DNA of 64,000 bases from Christensenellales bacterium (GTDB taxonomy: Bacteria; Bacillota; Clostridia; Christensenellales; Aristaeellaceae), in NCBI GenBank assembly GCA_050953005.1, contig JBMNLV010000013.1, positions 29,465 to 93,464 on the forward strand, written 5' to 3'. Both the position numbers and the translations under genes were made by a program. Shown here piece after piece: positions 44,832 to 53,906 of the stretch. The notes below the pieces were generated by a model. It was given only the letters and a program-made list of their open reading frames with translations, did not search any database and was not told where the DNA came from. Every line of letters starts with the position of its first letter. Within the stretch, counting starts at the first letter, position 1.

Positions 44832-46478
44832 GTGAACACAGAAAGGGCGCAACGCATTCTGGAGCTGCTGCGGGACTATGTGGGGACGCCCACCGCCACT
44901 TCCACGCCGCTGGAGACCAACAACCAGGTTTTTTTTACGAAGTACTTCGCGGCCAGTGAGTATTTCAGGGAGCATCCCGGCCTGTGCGGGTTTGACCCGA
45001 TCCCGGGCGACGCCCTGGGCCGCCGCGTGCCCTGGGCGCTGTACAAGGGCGGCGGGCCGGACACCATTGTGATGATCCACCATTCCGACACGGTGGATAC
45101 CGATGACTATGGCTGCAACAGGGATATGGCCTTGCGGCCCTGGGAGCTGACGGAGCGTTACCGCGCGGGCGCGGCCGACCTGGACAGCGAGGCGTGGGAG
45201 GACCTGGAGGGCGGCGGCTGGCTGTTTGGGCGGGGCGTGGCCGACATGAAGGGAGGCGCCTGCGTCCACCTGGCCCTGCTGGAGCAATTTTCCAAAGAGG
45301 GGGGGCTGAAGGGCAGCCTGCTGCTGATGGCCCTGCCCGACGAAGAAAACCTGTCCGCCGGGATGCGCAGCGCGGTTGGCCTGCTGACGCGGCTGAGGGA
45401 GGAGCATGGCCTCAACTACGTGCTGCTCCTCAACGGCGAGCCCCAGGAGCGCGGGGAAGAGCATTTGATGCGGCTGTATGACGGCTCCGTCGGCAAGCTG
45501 ATGCCCATCTTCTACGCCCGGGGCAAGCTGGCCCATGTGGGCCAGGTCTTCCATGGCCTGAACCCTGTTCAGCTTCTGTCTGAAATCGTGACCCTTACCG
45601 AGCTGAACACGGACCTGATGCAGCAGGCAGGCAACACCAAAACCCCGCCTCCGACCTGGCTTTACCTGAAGGACAGGAAGGAGGTCTATGATGTCTCGCT
45701 GCCGCTGGCCGCGGCCGGCTACATGAGCGTGCTGACGCTGGACCGCCCGGCGATGGAGACCATGGAGAAGCTGATGGCGCTGAGCGGGCAAGCCTTCTCA
45801 CGGGTGCTGGAGCGCACGGAGCGCAGCTACCGCGCCTACACCGGCGATCCCGAAGCCTGCCTGCCCTGGAAGGTAAACGTCAAAACCTATGGCCAGATTT
45901 ACCGGGAGGCCCTGGCTGAATCCGGCGAGGCCCTGAAAAGCAGCCTGCGCGACTATGAGGACAGAGCGCTTGCGGATATCCGTGCCGGCCGCCTGAGCCT
46001 GGCCGAGGCGGCTTTCGGTTTGATTGAGGCCACCCTGGCCCATCTGAAGGACAGCGCGCCGGTGGTGGTGCTGGCGATGTCGCCCCCTTATTATCCCCAT
46101 GTCAACAATTCCATGCTGCCCGAAAAGAACGCGCGGGTGAAGGCCCTGCTCAGGCGCCTGGAAGCCTTCACCGGGGAGCGCCTTGGCTGCGGCCTGCATG
46201 TGGAAAACTACTACACCGGGATTTCCGACTTAAGCTACGGCATGTTTGAATCCGATGAGGAGAACACCGCCTTCATCCGCGACAACCTGCTATTGTGGGG
46301 TGAGATCTACTCCATCCCCTTTGAGCAGATCAGGGCGCTGTCCATCCCCACGCTCAACATCGGCCCCTGGGGCAAGGACTTCCACAAGTATTCCGAGCGC
46401 GTCAACCTGGAGGACCTGACCCGGCGCATCCCCGCCATGGTGGAGGAAACCATCCGGCAGCTGCTGGGGCAATCCTGA
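44832..46478 (+). CDS. M20/M25/M40 family metallohydrolase, RocB-like (arginine utilisation protein)
   Basis: 548 aa. HHSDTVD and GRGVADMKGG motifs and LPDEEN metal-ligand region. Length and pattern match the RocB type. Divergent from ord. Confidence 0.75.
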   Translation: MNTERAQRILELLRDYVGTPTATSTPLETNNQVFFTKYFAASEYFREHPGLCGFDPIPGDALGRRVPWALYKGGGPDTIVMIHHSDTVDTDDYGCNRDMALRPWELTERYRAGAADLDSEAWEDLEGGGWLFGRGVADMKGGACVHLALLEQFSKEGGLKGSLLLMALPDEENLSAGMRSAVGLLTRLREEHGLNYVLLLNGEPQERGEEHLMRLYDGSVGKLMPIFYARGKLAHVGQVFHGLNPVQLLSEIVTLTELNTDLMQQAGNTKTPPPTWLYLKDRKEVYDVSLPLAAAGYMSVLTLDRPAMETMEKLMALSGQAFSRVLERTERSYRAYTGDPEACLPWKVNVKTYGQIYREALAESGEALKSSLRDYEDRALADIRAGRLSLAEAAFGLIEATLAHLKDSAPVVVLAMSPPYYPHVNNSMLPEKNARVKALLRRLEAFTGERLGCGLHVENYYTGISDLSYGMFESDEENTAFIRDNLLLWGEIYSIPFEQIRALSIPTLNIGPWGKDFHKYSERVNLEDLTRRIPAMVEETIRQLLGQS

Positions 46479-46515
46479 TTCCGGTCCTTGCCGCAAAGCC
46501 GCTTTAAATACAAAA

Positions 46516-46547
46516 CAGCCCAAGGGGCTGCGGCGGTTTTTTTCGTT
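46516..46547 (+). terminator. intrinsic terminator after the RocB-like gene
   Basis: cagcccaaggggctg followed by cggcggttttttt. Also part of a larger 15-bp inverted repeat (46517-46531 / 46548-46562) shared with the convergent gene. Confidence 0.5.
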
Positions 46548-46693
46548 GCAGCCCCTTGGGCTTACGCTGCCGATATGCCGCTTTGTCCCCGGAGGGGGTG
46601 TAGCGATGGCGCGCCGATGAGTTTGCAAACAATGCCCCGGGGCGCCGCGTGTGGGGAGCCCCGGGCTGATGTTTAATAAAGGTGAAATCCGTA

Positions 46694-47245
46694 CTACTGA
46701 CCCAGGGTGAACTCCGCCCGGCGCAGGATGCCCCGCAGCAGGGACAGCATGCCGCTGTCCATATGGCTGCCGGCCCGCAGGCGCAGCTTCATCCACAGCC
46801 TGCCGCCCTGAAACAGTGCGCTGGCCGCCTTGCCGTCCTGCTCGCGCACCAGCAGGAAGCTGCCCTGCCTGGACTCCACCAGCTCATACTCCCCACCGCC
46901 CAGGGCGCGCGCCGCCTGCCGCAGCCCCTCCTCATCCAGGCTGTCCAAAGCCGGGAGATCCGCGTGTTTCAGCGCCAGGGAGATCGTGAACGCCCCCGCG
47001 ACGTCATAGGCCTTCGCGTACAGGCCCGCGCCGGCCAGCTCCTCGCGCACCGCTTGCGGAGTGGTGTCGTACAGGGACAGCACCGGGTCATCCATGGCCA
47101 TGCTGCGCGTGAACACATCCACGGACGCGGGGAAATGAAGGACCACGCCAAATTCGGGCAGGTCCACCTGGCTGGCCAGCGCCGGAGAGGGCAGCAGCAA
47201 CAGCGCCGCCATGAAAAGGGACAAAAAGAGGTTTCGTTTTGACAT
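46694..47245 (-). CDS. hypothetical secreted protein
   Basis: 183 aa from MSKRNLFLSLFMAALLLLPSPALASQ (signal peptide). I recognise no family. Confidence 0.5.
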   Translation of the reverse strand: MSKRNLFLSLFMAALLLLPSPALASQVDLPEFGVVLHFPASVDVFTRSMAMDDPVLSLYDTTPQAVREELAGAGLYAKAYDVAGAFTISLALKHADLPALDSLDEEGLRQAARALGGGEYELVESRQGSFLLVREQDGKAASALFQGGRLWMKLRLRAGSHMDSGMLSLLRGILRRAEFTLGQ

Positions 47246-47273
47246 CAAGGCACTCACCTTTGCTGATCGGGTC

Positions 47274-48290
47274 CTACAGCTGCGCGATTTGCGCTTCCGC
47301 ATCCTGCATGATGGCGACCACGCGGTCGCAGAAGCGGTCAAAGTCCGGATCCGGCTGCTGGCGCTCCGGAGTATTCAGGATGACCTCCAGCGACATCCGC
47401 ACCCCCTGGTCAAAGCGCGTTTTGGCGGCAAAGCCGGGCACCAGGCGCTTGATCTTGCTGTTGTCAAAGACGGCGCAGTTGGACTTGTCGCCCAGCATGC
47501 TGCCGGTAAAGTCATAATCCTTGGCCTGGGCCAGCATGGTGGAGGGCACATAGCACGGCAGGAAGGGGCGGTCCAGCGCTTCAGACAGCAGGCGGTGAAT
47601 CTGGTTCCAGGTCAGCGCTTCGTCAGAGGTGATGTGCACCGCCTCGCCGATGGCGTGGTCATTGCCCATCAGCCCGATAAAGGCGTCCGCGAAATCGTCC
47701 GACCAGGTCACTGTCCACAGGCTGGTGCCATCCCCGGGGATCAGCACGGGCTTGCGGTCCAGCACGCGCCGGATAACCTGCCAGGTGCCCTTGTGCCCGT
47801 GCACCGACAGCGGCAGCGTGCCCGCGCCGTAGGTATGGCTGGGACGCACGATGGTCATCGGGAAGGCTTCGCGGTCGCGCGCCTCGCACAGCAGCTGTTC
47901 GCAGGCGATCTTGTTGCGCGAATACAGCCAGTAGGGGTTGGAGAGCGCCGTGGCGTCGGTGATGACCGGGTTGCGGGTAGGCTTGACGTAGGCGGAGGCT
48001 GAGGAAATAAAGATGTACTGCCGTGTTTTGCCGGTGAACAGCCGGATGTCCCGGGCTACCTGGTCGGGTTGGTAGGCGATGAACTGGGCCACCACGTCAA
48101 AGCTGCGCCCCTCAAGGGCCGCTTCCGCCGCGGCCGCGTTGTTCATGTCGCAGCGAATGAATTCAGCTCCTGGAACCAGGTCGTTTTTGCTGCCGCGGTT
48201 GAGCAGCGTGACCTTCCAGCCCTGCGCGATCAGCTTGCGGGTGATGGGCAGGCTGATGGTGCCTGTTCCGCCAATTAACAAAGCTTTCAT
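47274..48290 (-). CDS. NAD-dependent epimerase/dehydratase (extended SDR)
   Basis: 338 aa from MKALLIGGTGTISLPITRKL (GxxGxxG), with AGGAGG RBS and a YxxxK region (YSRNKIACE). Confidence 0.8.
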   Translation of the reverse strand: MKALLIGGTGTISLPITRKLIAQGWKVTLLNRGSKNDLVPGAEFIRCDMNNAAAAEAALEGRSFDVVAQFIAYQPDQVARDIRLFTGKTRQYIFISSASAYVKPTRNPVITDATALSNPYWLYSRNKIACEQLLCEARDREAFPMTIVRPSHTYGAGTLPLSVHGHKGTWQVIRRVLDRKPVLIPGDGTSLWTVTWSDDFADAFIGLMGNDHAIGEAVHITSDEALTWNQIHRLLSEALDRPFLPCYVPSTMLAQAKDYDFTGSMLGDKSNCAVFDNSKIKRLVPGFAAKTRFDQGVRMSLEVILNTPERQQPDPDFDRFCDRVVAIMQDAEAQIAQL

Positions 48291-48529
48291 TGATGGATCC
48301 TCCTGTTTATTGAACGCGCTGCCGGCATGAAAGCTCGCGCGCTGTCTATTGGGTTTATTGTACAGGATGACTGTGCGCGGGGCAAGCATTTGATTCCCGC
48401 GCATCCTGTCAGCAGTTCTTTTGGCATCATGTGTCCGTGCCTGTCAATCAGCTGTAATCCCATGCCGTCAGTGACAAGGAGCGCCGGTGAGAATGGCGGT
48501 TATTTGAACGGTGTCGCCACACTGAAGCG

Positions 48530-48907
48530 TCATATTGTCCGCGCTTGGCCTTCTATAATGGACTCAATCATAAACGCTTCGATGGGCCGGTCTTTTTGCG
48601 GCTGCGCGTTGCCTCTTTCATTCAGCCATTCAGCGCAGCCTTCAAAAATCCTTACCCCACCAGCGCGTTTACTCATTCGTTCGTTTAGTATTAGCTTGCC
48701 TTTATCATCCTTGCAGACGAACTGTACCGTAACACCGTTCCGGCTGTGGACGCTGGCGGGGCAACTGCCGGTATTTGACTTGTTTCCTCCATGGCTGATC
48801 GGGATGTTGATGTAGGCGTTTCTCATTTCGCCATCAGAAACAGGGATAACCTGGTCAGAAGCCTTGTCTTCATAACATGGTACTCCTTTGAGCGGGGGTC
48901 CGCGCAC
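48530..48907 (-). CDS. hypothetical protein (coding status doubtful; C-terminal third is repeat family B)
   Basis: 125-aa ORF with no convincing RBS or start. Its last ~45 codons coincide with repeat B, whose other copy (5901-6054) carries a stop in this frame. Confidence 0.3.
   Translation of the reverse strand: MRGPPLKGVPCYEDKASDQVIPVSDGEMRNAYINIPISHGGNKSNTGSCPASVHSRNGVTVQFVCKDDKGKLILNERMSKRAGGVRIFEGCAEWLNERGNAQPQKDRPIEAFMIESIIEGQARTI
48562..48690 (+). repeat. interspersed repeat family B, copy 2
   Basis: See 5901..6054. Lacks the ~30-nt insert of copy 1. Confidence 0.6.
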
Positions 48908-49020
48908 ATGTCGGGCAAGAAGGTATGCAGTTCAACAACCTTTGACAGGCCCGGAAGGGCATTTTATAATAAACGGGTTATTGACATGTCAGGCTTGCAG
49001 AGCCGCAGAAGGAGTATCGC

Positions 49021-50193
49021 TTGTCCCAGGAAAACGGATTTTTGGCGCTGGACGTCTCAAAGGAAGTGCTCAAGGCGCTGACCCGCATGGGGATTACCAC
49101 CCCGACCCGGATACAACAGGAAACCATCCCGCCCATGATGGCCGGGCACGACATCATCGGCATCGCGCCCACGGGCACCGGCAAGACCATCGCCTTCGGC
49201 ATCCCGATGCTGGAGTACATCAGCCTGAAGGAGACCCGCGTGCAGGAGCTGGTGCTGGCGCCCACGCGTGAATTGGCGCTGCAGATTGTGCAGGAGCTCA
49301 GCGACCTGGCAAGGTTCATCCCGGAAATCAAGGTGGTGGCGCTGTATGGCGGCCAGCCCATGTCCCGGCAGATTACCCAGCTTAAGCGCAACCCGCAAAT
49401 CGTGGTGGCCACGCCCGGCCGCCTGCTGGACATGGTGGCCCGCGGCCATGTGCGGCTTGACCGGGTGCATACCATGGTGCTGGATGAAGCCGATGAAATG
49501 CTCAAGATGGGTTTTGTCAAGGACGTCACCAGGATCATTGAAATGGCGCCGGCCGGCCGGCAGCTCGTCATGTTTTCGGCGACCACCAACGCCGACGTCA
49601 TGACCATCTCCTGGAAATACCAGCATGAACCGATCGAGATCACTGTGGAAGCCACCCGTGAGAACCGCCCGCAGATCACGCAGTACACCATGGTGGTGGG
49701 GCGCGAGGAAAAGACGGGCGCCCTGCAGTACCTGCTGGACTCGGACGAGTATGAGCGCGTCATGGTCTTTGTCAACACCAAGTTTATGACCCAGCGCGTG
49801 TGCGACCGCCTCAAAAAGCAGGGGTACAGGGCGGAGGCCCTGCACGGGGACATCCGACAGTCCCAGCGCACGCGCATCATGAATGACTTCAAGCGCGGCA
49901 AGTTCCCCATCCTGGTGTCCACCGACGTGGCCGCGCGCGGCATTGACGTGGATGATGTGGAGGCCGTCATCAACTACGACCTGCCCAATGAGGACGAGTA
50001 TTACCTGCACCGCATCGGCCGCACCGGGCGCGCGCGCAAGCACGGCGTGGCCTTTACCATGATGACCTATCAGGAAAGCGTGCGCATGGATGAGATCCTC
50101 AGGTACATGCAGACCCGGCCCACCCCGCTGCACTTTGACAACAGCAAGGTGCTGCGCCGGGAGGACGGCGAGGCTTTTTTCGAGCATATCTGA
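49021..50193 (+). CDS. DEAD-box ATP-dependent RNA helicase
   Basis: 390 aa. Q motif (TPTRIQ), motif I APTGTGKT, motif II DEAD (VLDEADEM), SAT, HRIGRTGR. Confidence 0.9.
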   Translation: MSQENGFLALDVSKEVLKALTRMGITTPTRIQQETIPPMMAGHDIIGIAPTGTGKTIAFGIPMLEYISLKETRVQELVLAPTRELALQIVQELSDLARFIPEIKVVALYGGQPMSRQITQLKRNPQIVVATPGRLLDMVARGHVRLDRVHTMVLDEADEMLKMGFVKDVTRIIEMAPAGRQLVMFSATTNADVMTISWKYQHEPIEITVEATRENRPQITQYTMVVGREEKTGALQYLLDSDEYERVMVFVNTKFMTQRVCDRLKKQGYRAEALHGDIRQSQRTRIMNDFKRGKFPILVSTDVAARGIDVDDVEAVINYDLPNEDEYYLHRIGRTGRARKHGVAFTMMTYQESVRMDEILRYMQTRPTPLHFDNSKVLRREDGEAFFEHI

Positions 50194-50218
50194 CAGGCGG
50201 TTGATAAAAAACGCTGCT

Positions 50219-51709
50219 TCAGTCCTTGAAACGCTCCGGATATTTCTCAATGACCGCTTCGGCCGTCCAGGCATCCTGCAGCTGGGTATAGACCTCGCCC
50301 TGGCGGGTGCGGAACAGCTCGTCCCTGAGCGTTTCGCGCACGCTGTCCAATTCGACCGCGCCTTCCTGAACGTCCGACTGGTAGCGCAGGATATGGTTGC
50401 CGAAACTGGTGCGCGTGGGCTGGCTGATGTCGCCGATGCTCTCCAGCGCCAGGGCGGCCTGGGTGAAGGCCGGCACATAGTCTATGGTGTCCCGGCAGAG
50501 CGTGTAGCCCTGCGCGGGCTGGCCCGCGTCGTCATTGTACTGGGTGATCAGCGCTTCAAAGTCCGCGCCCTCGGCGGTGGCCAGCTGATAGACCTCGTCC
50601 GTCCTGGCCTGGATGCCGGCAAAAGCGGCCTCGCGCTTTGTGTCAAGCTCCTCCTGCTTGGCGGCAAGGAGGGACCGGGCTTCTTCAAGCTGCCGGTATA
50701 CGGGCAGGCCGGATTTGAAGGTGTCCATTTCAGCGGATTGTTCAGCTGTCAGGCCTTCCAGGGCCAGCAGCTCCTTCATGCGTTTGGCGGCCTCCTCGCC
50801 CAGGGCGGCGTGCTGCTCGTCCACAAAGGCGCTGTCCTCCGGGGACGCGCTTTCGTTTTTAAGCGCATCCTCATAGCGGGTGAGCTCGGTTTGGGCCTGG
50901 TCCAGCGCGGTTTGCAGGGGAGACAGCTCGTTTTCCAGCGCGCGGATGGTGTCCTGCTCCTCCTGGGGAAGCTGGACCAGGATCTGGCGCACCGTGCGGT
51001 AGCCCGCGGGCGCGTAGTAGATTGTCTGGCCCCTATTAAGCGCTGTGCCGTAGGCAGCCAGGTTCTGGGCGTAGTTTTCTTTGGCCTGGGCGACCTTCTC
51101 GTCAAAGGCGCTTTGGATCTGGTCCTCGGTCACCTCGATATCGCGCCCGGCGTAGTCATACAGCTTTTCATACAGTTTGCTTTCCCTGGCTGATTGCAGG
51201 TAGGCTTCCGGCGTTATGTCCAGCTGCGCCACCTTCTTGTCAATGGCCGCTTCCAGCTCCTCGCCCTCCAGCGCCGTTTCGCCAAAGAAGACGGTCTTCA
51301 CCTGCTGGCGGATGTTTTCAAACTGTGTTTTTCCCTGCTCTTCTATCTCGGCGGTTTCTTCATCCGTCATCTCGTCCAGGCCCAGCTCGCGCGCCTTTTG
51401 CATCAGCAGGAGATGCCTGGCGATGCTGTCCAGGGTGTTTTCCAGCACCATATCGGGGTTGACGGGCTGGGCAGGCATACGGTGGCTCTGCGCGTTATAG
51501 GCCTGATCCTGCTCCGCCTGCTGGTAAGCGTTTTCATAGTAGCGGGTAAACTTTTCCTTGGTGATTTCCTCGCCGTTGACCGAGAGGATGACCTGCTGCG
51601 CGTCCACAGCCTTGTCCTTGACAATCAGGTTGCAGCCGCTCATGAGGAAAGCCGCTGCCAGCAGCAGCGCCGCCAGGGCAAGTTTGCGGTTCGGAAGGCT
51701 TGTTTTCAT
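50219..51709 (-). CDS. PrsA/SurA-like lipoprotein with C-terminal parvulin (PpiC) PPIase domain
   Basis: 496 aa. Lipobox LMSGC after the signal peptide, a long acidic coiled-coil-like middle, and a C-terminal FGNHILRY parvulin-like motif. Confidence 0.7.
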   Translation of the reverse strand: MKTSLPNRKLALAALLLAAAFLMSGCNLIVKDKAVDAQQVILSVNGEEITKEKFTRYYENAYQQAEQDQAYNAQSHRMPAQPVNPDMVLENTLDSIARHLLLMQKARELGLDEMTDEETAEIEEQGKTQFENIRQQVKTVFFGETALEGEELEAAIDKKVAQLDITPEAYLQSARESKLYEKLYDYAGRDIEVTEDQIQSAFDEKVAQAKENYAQNLAAYGTALNRGQTIYYAPAGYRTVRQILVQLPQEEQDTIRALENELSPLQTALDQAQTELTRYEDALKNESASPEDSAFVDEQHAALGEEAAKRMKELLALEGLTAEQSAEMDTFKSGLPVYRQLEEARSLLAAKQEELDTKREAAFAGIQARTDEVYQLATAEGADFEALITQYNDDAGQPAQGYTLCRDTIDYVPAFTQAALALESIGDISQPTRTSFGNHILRYQSDVQEGAVELDSVRETLRDELFRTRQGEVYTQLQDAWTAEAVIEKYPERFKD

Positions 51710-51908
51710 TGACAGGTACGCTCCAGTTCAGATTCTTAAAAGGCGTGTCGGACACGCTCCAACAGTATACCCCCATTGCCCGAAAAGCACAAGCCGGCAA
51801 GGCTCTCCCGTTTATTCCTGTTTATTCAGCCTGTTTATTCAGCGCACTTTTCTGCTTATTCAATCATCGTTTATTTATGCACCGGAACTGTCTTTATTTG
51901 CAAATTTG

Positions 51909-51937
51909 TTGACAAAACAGGCTGTCTCATTTAATAT
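51909..51937 (+). promoter_or_regulatory. putative sigma-A promoter of the peptide ABC operon
   Basis: TTGACA (51909-51914), 17-nt spacer, TAATAT (51932-51937). About 70 nt upstream of the SBP start. Confidence 0.45.
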
Positions 51938-52009
51938 TCTGAATGGAATCAGGGGGTTGAAAAGAGCAACTCTGATGAATTCTGTACCACAATACAAGGA
52001 GGAAATTGT

Positions 52010-53902
52010 ATGAAGAGGACTTTTGCCCTGCTCCTTACCCTGGCGATGATGCTGTCCCTGGTAGGCACAGCCTTTGCCGAACCCATCACGGATTACGTCA
52101 CTTTCCAGACCACAGCCAATGAGATGGAAACCTTCAACATCCTGTACAGCCAGTACGCCAAAGAGCTGGATGTGCTGACCAACTGCATTGACGGCTTGCT
52201 GTCCAATGACAACTACGGCAACCTGGTCCCCGGGCTCGCTGAGACCTGGGAGACCCTGGACGGCGGCAAGACCTGGACGTTCAACCTGCGCAAAGGCGTG
52301 AAGTGGGTGGACTACCAGGCCAATGAGAAGGCCGAAGTAGTTGCCGAAGACTTCCTGTGGGGCCTGGAGTGGGTGCTCAACGAGAAGAAGAACCTGGCAG
52401 CCAACATGGCCATGCCTTCTGAGATGCTGGTCGGCGCCCAGGAATATTTCGATTACACCAAGGAGCTGCCGGAGGCGGAAGCGCTGGCCCTTGGACTGGA
52501 GAAGTTCCAGGAGATGGTGGGCATCAAGGCGGTGGACGATTACACCCTGGTGTTTACTTGTTTAGCTCCCCTGCCTTATTTTGCCACCCTGGCCTCCTAC
52601 AACTGCCTGTATCCTGTCAGCGGCAAGCTGCTGGCTGAGCTCGGCGTGGAGGGCATGAAGGCCGTTTCCTATGACACCCTTTGGTACAACGGGCCCTACA
52701 CCATGACCACCTACGTGCAAAACAACGAGAAGGTGCTGACCAAGAACCCCACCTACTGGAACAAGGACATTCAGACCTTCAACACCGTCACCGTCAAGAT
52801 GGTAGACTCTGTGGACATCGCTTTCCAGATGTACCAGACTGGCGAGCTGGACTATGTCACGCTCAACGAGGCCAACCTTCAGACCATCTACCGCTCCCCC
52901 TCCCATGAGTTCCACAACTACCTCAACGAAGCCCGTCCCACCAAGTATTCCTACCAGATTCACCTTGTCTATGACAAGAAGCTGGAAGACGGCAGCCCGG
53001 ACGTTGCCTGGAATACCGCCATCGCCAACGAGGCTTTCCGCCTGAGCTGGTATTACGGCATGGACTTCACCAATTACCTTGGCCGTGTCAACGCCATCAA
53101 CCCCCTCAACTGCACCAACTATTGCTACACCGCCGCCAACCTGGTCGCCACTTCCGACGGCAAGGACTATGTGCAGCATGTCATGGACCTGATCGGCCTG
53201 CAGCCGTCCAGTGAGGTTTATACCCGCTATGACGCGGAAAAGGGCGCCGCCTACAAGAAGCAGGCCATGGAAGAGCTGTCCGCCAAGGGCGTCACCTTCC
53301 CCATCCAGATGGACTACTATGTTTCCGGCAGCAACCAGTCCGCGCTGGACACCGCCCAGGTGCTCAAGCAGACGTTCGCTGACTGCCTCGGGGAAGACTA
53401 TGTGGTCATGAACATCAAGACCTATGTCAACTCCCTCATCAAGGAAGTGCGCGCGCCGCAGCTTGCTTCCTTCTACATCAACGGCTGGGGCGCTGACTAC
53501 GGCGACCCGATCAACTACCTGGGCCAGGAGACCTACGGCAAGGACAACGCTTTCTACTCCAGGGCCTATTCCAAGATCGACCTGGCGACCGACGAGGACC
53601 TGATTGCCCAGTACAAGGAGTTCACCGCCAAGGTGGATGCCGCTGCGGCCATCAACGAAGACCTGGATGCGCGCTACAAGGCGTTCGCGGAGGCAGAGGC
53701 ATACATGATCGAGCATGCGCTGGTCATCCCGCTGTATGTGAACATCGCCTGGCAGCTGACCGGCGTCAATGACTACTCCAAGATTTTCGCGGCCTACGGC
53801 ATCCAGAACAACCGTTATGTCAACTGGGAGACCAACAAGGATGGCTATACCACTGAGGACTATGTGAATTTCGCCAAGATTTACGAGGAGAATCGCAAGT
53901 AA
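52010..53902 (+). CDS. peptide ABC transporter substrate-binding protein (family 5, Opp/Dpp-type)
   Basis: 630 aa with a signal peptide and a family-5 SBP pattern (LVPGLAETWE..DGGKTWTFNLRKGVKW). Confidence 0.9.
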   Translation: MKRTFALLLTLAMMLSLVGTAFAEPITDYVTFQTTANEMETFNILYSQYAKELDVLTNCIDGLLSNDNYGNLVPGLAETWETLDGGKTWTFNLRKGVKWVDYQANEKAEVVAEDFLWGLEWVLNEKKNLAANMAMPSEMLVGAQEYFDYTKELPEAEALALGLEKFQEMVGIKAVDDYTLVFTCLAPLPYFATLASYNCLYPVSGKLLAELGVEGMKAVSYDTLWYNGPYTMTTYVQNNEKVLTKNPTYWNKDIQTFNTVTVKMVDSVDIAFQMYQTGELDYVTLNEANLQTIYRSPSHEFHNYLNEARPTKYSYQIHLVYDKKLEDGSPDVAWNTAIANEAFRLSWYYGMDFTNYLGRVNAINPLNCTNYCYTAANLVATSDGKDYVQHVMDLIGLQPSSEVYTRYDAEKGAAYKKQAMEELSAKGVTFPIQMDYYVSGSNQSALDTAQVLKQTFADCLGEDYVVMNIKTYVNSLIKEVRAPQLASFYINGWGADYGDPINYLGQETYGKDNAFYSRAYSKIDLATDEDLIAQYKEFTAKVDAAAAINEDLDARYKAFAEAEAYMIEHALVIPLYVNIAWQLTGVNDYSKIFAAYGIQNNRYVNWETNKDGYTTEDYVNFAKIYEENRK

Positions 53903-53906
53903 TAGT

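Noticed and set aside
48327-48815. 162-aa plus-strand ORF over repeat B copy 2
   Set aside because: It is a low-complexity Ser, Leu, Pro and Cys-rich translation of repeat B. The homologous stretch at 5900-6055 is read in a different context, so conservation is at the DNA level.
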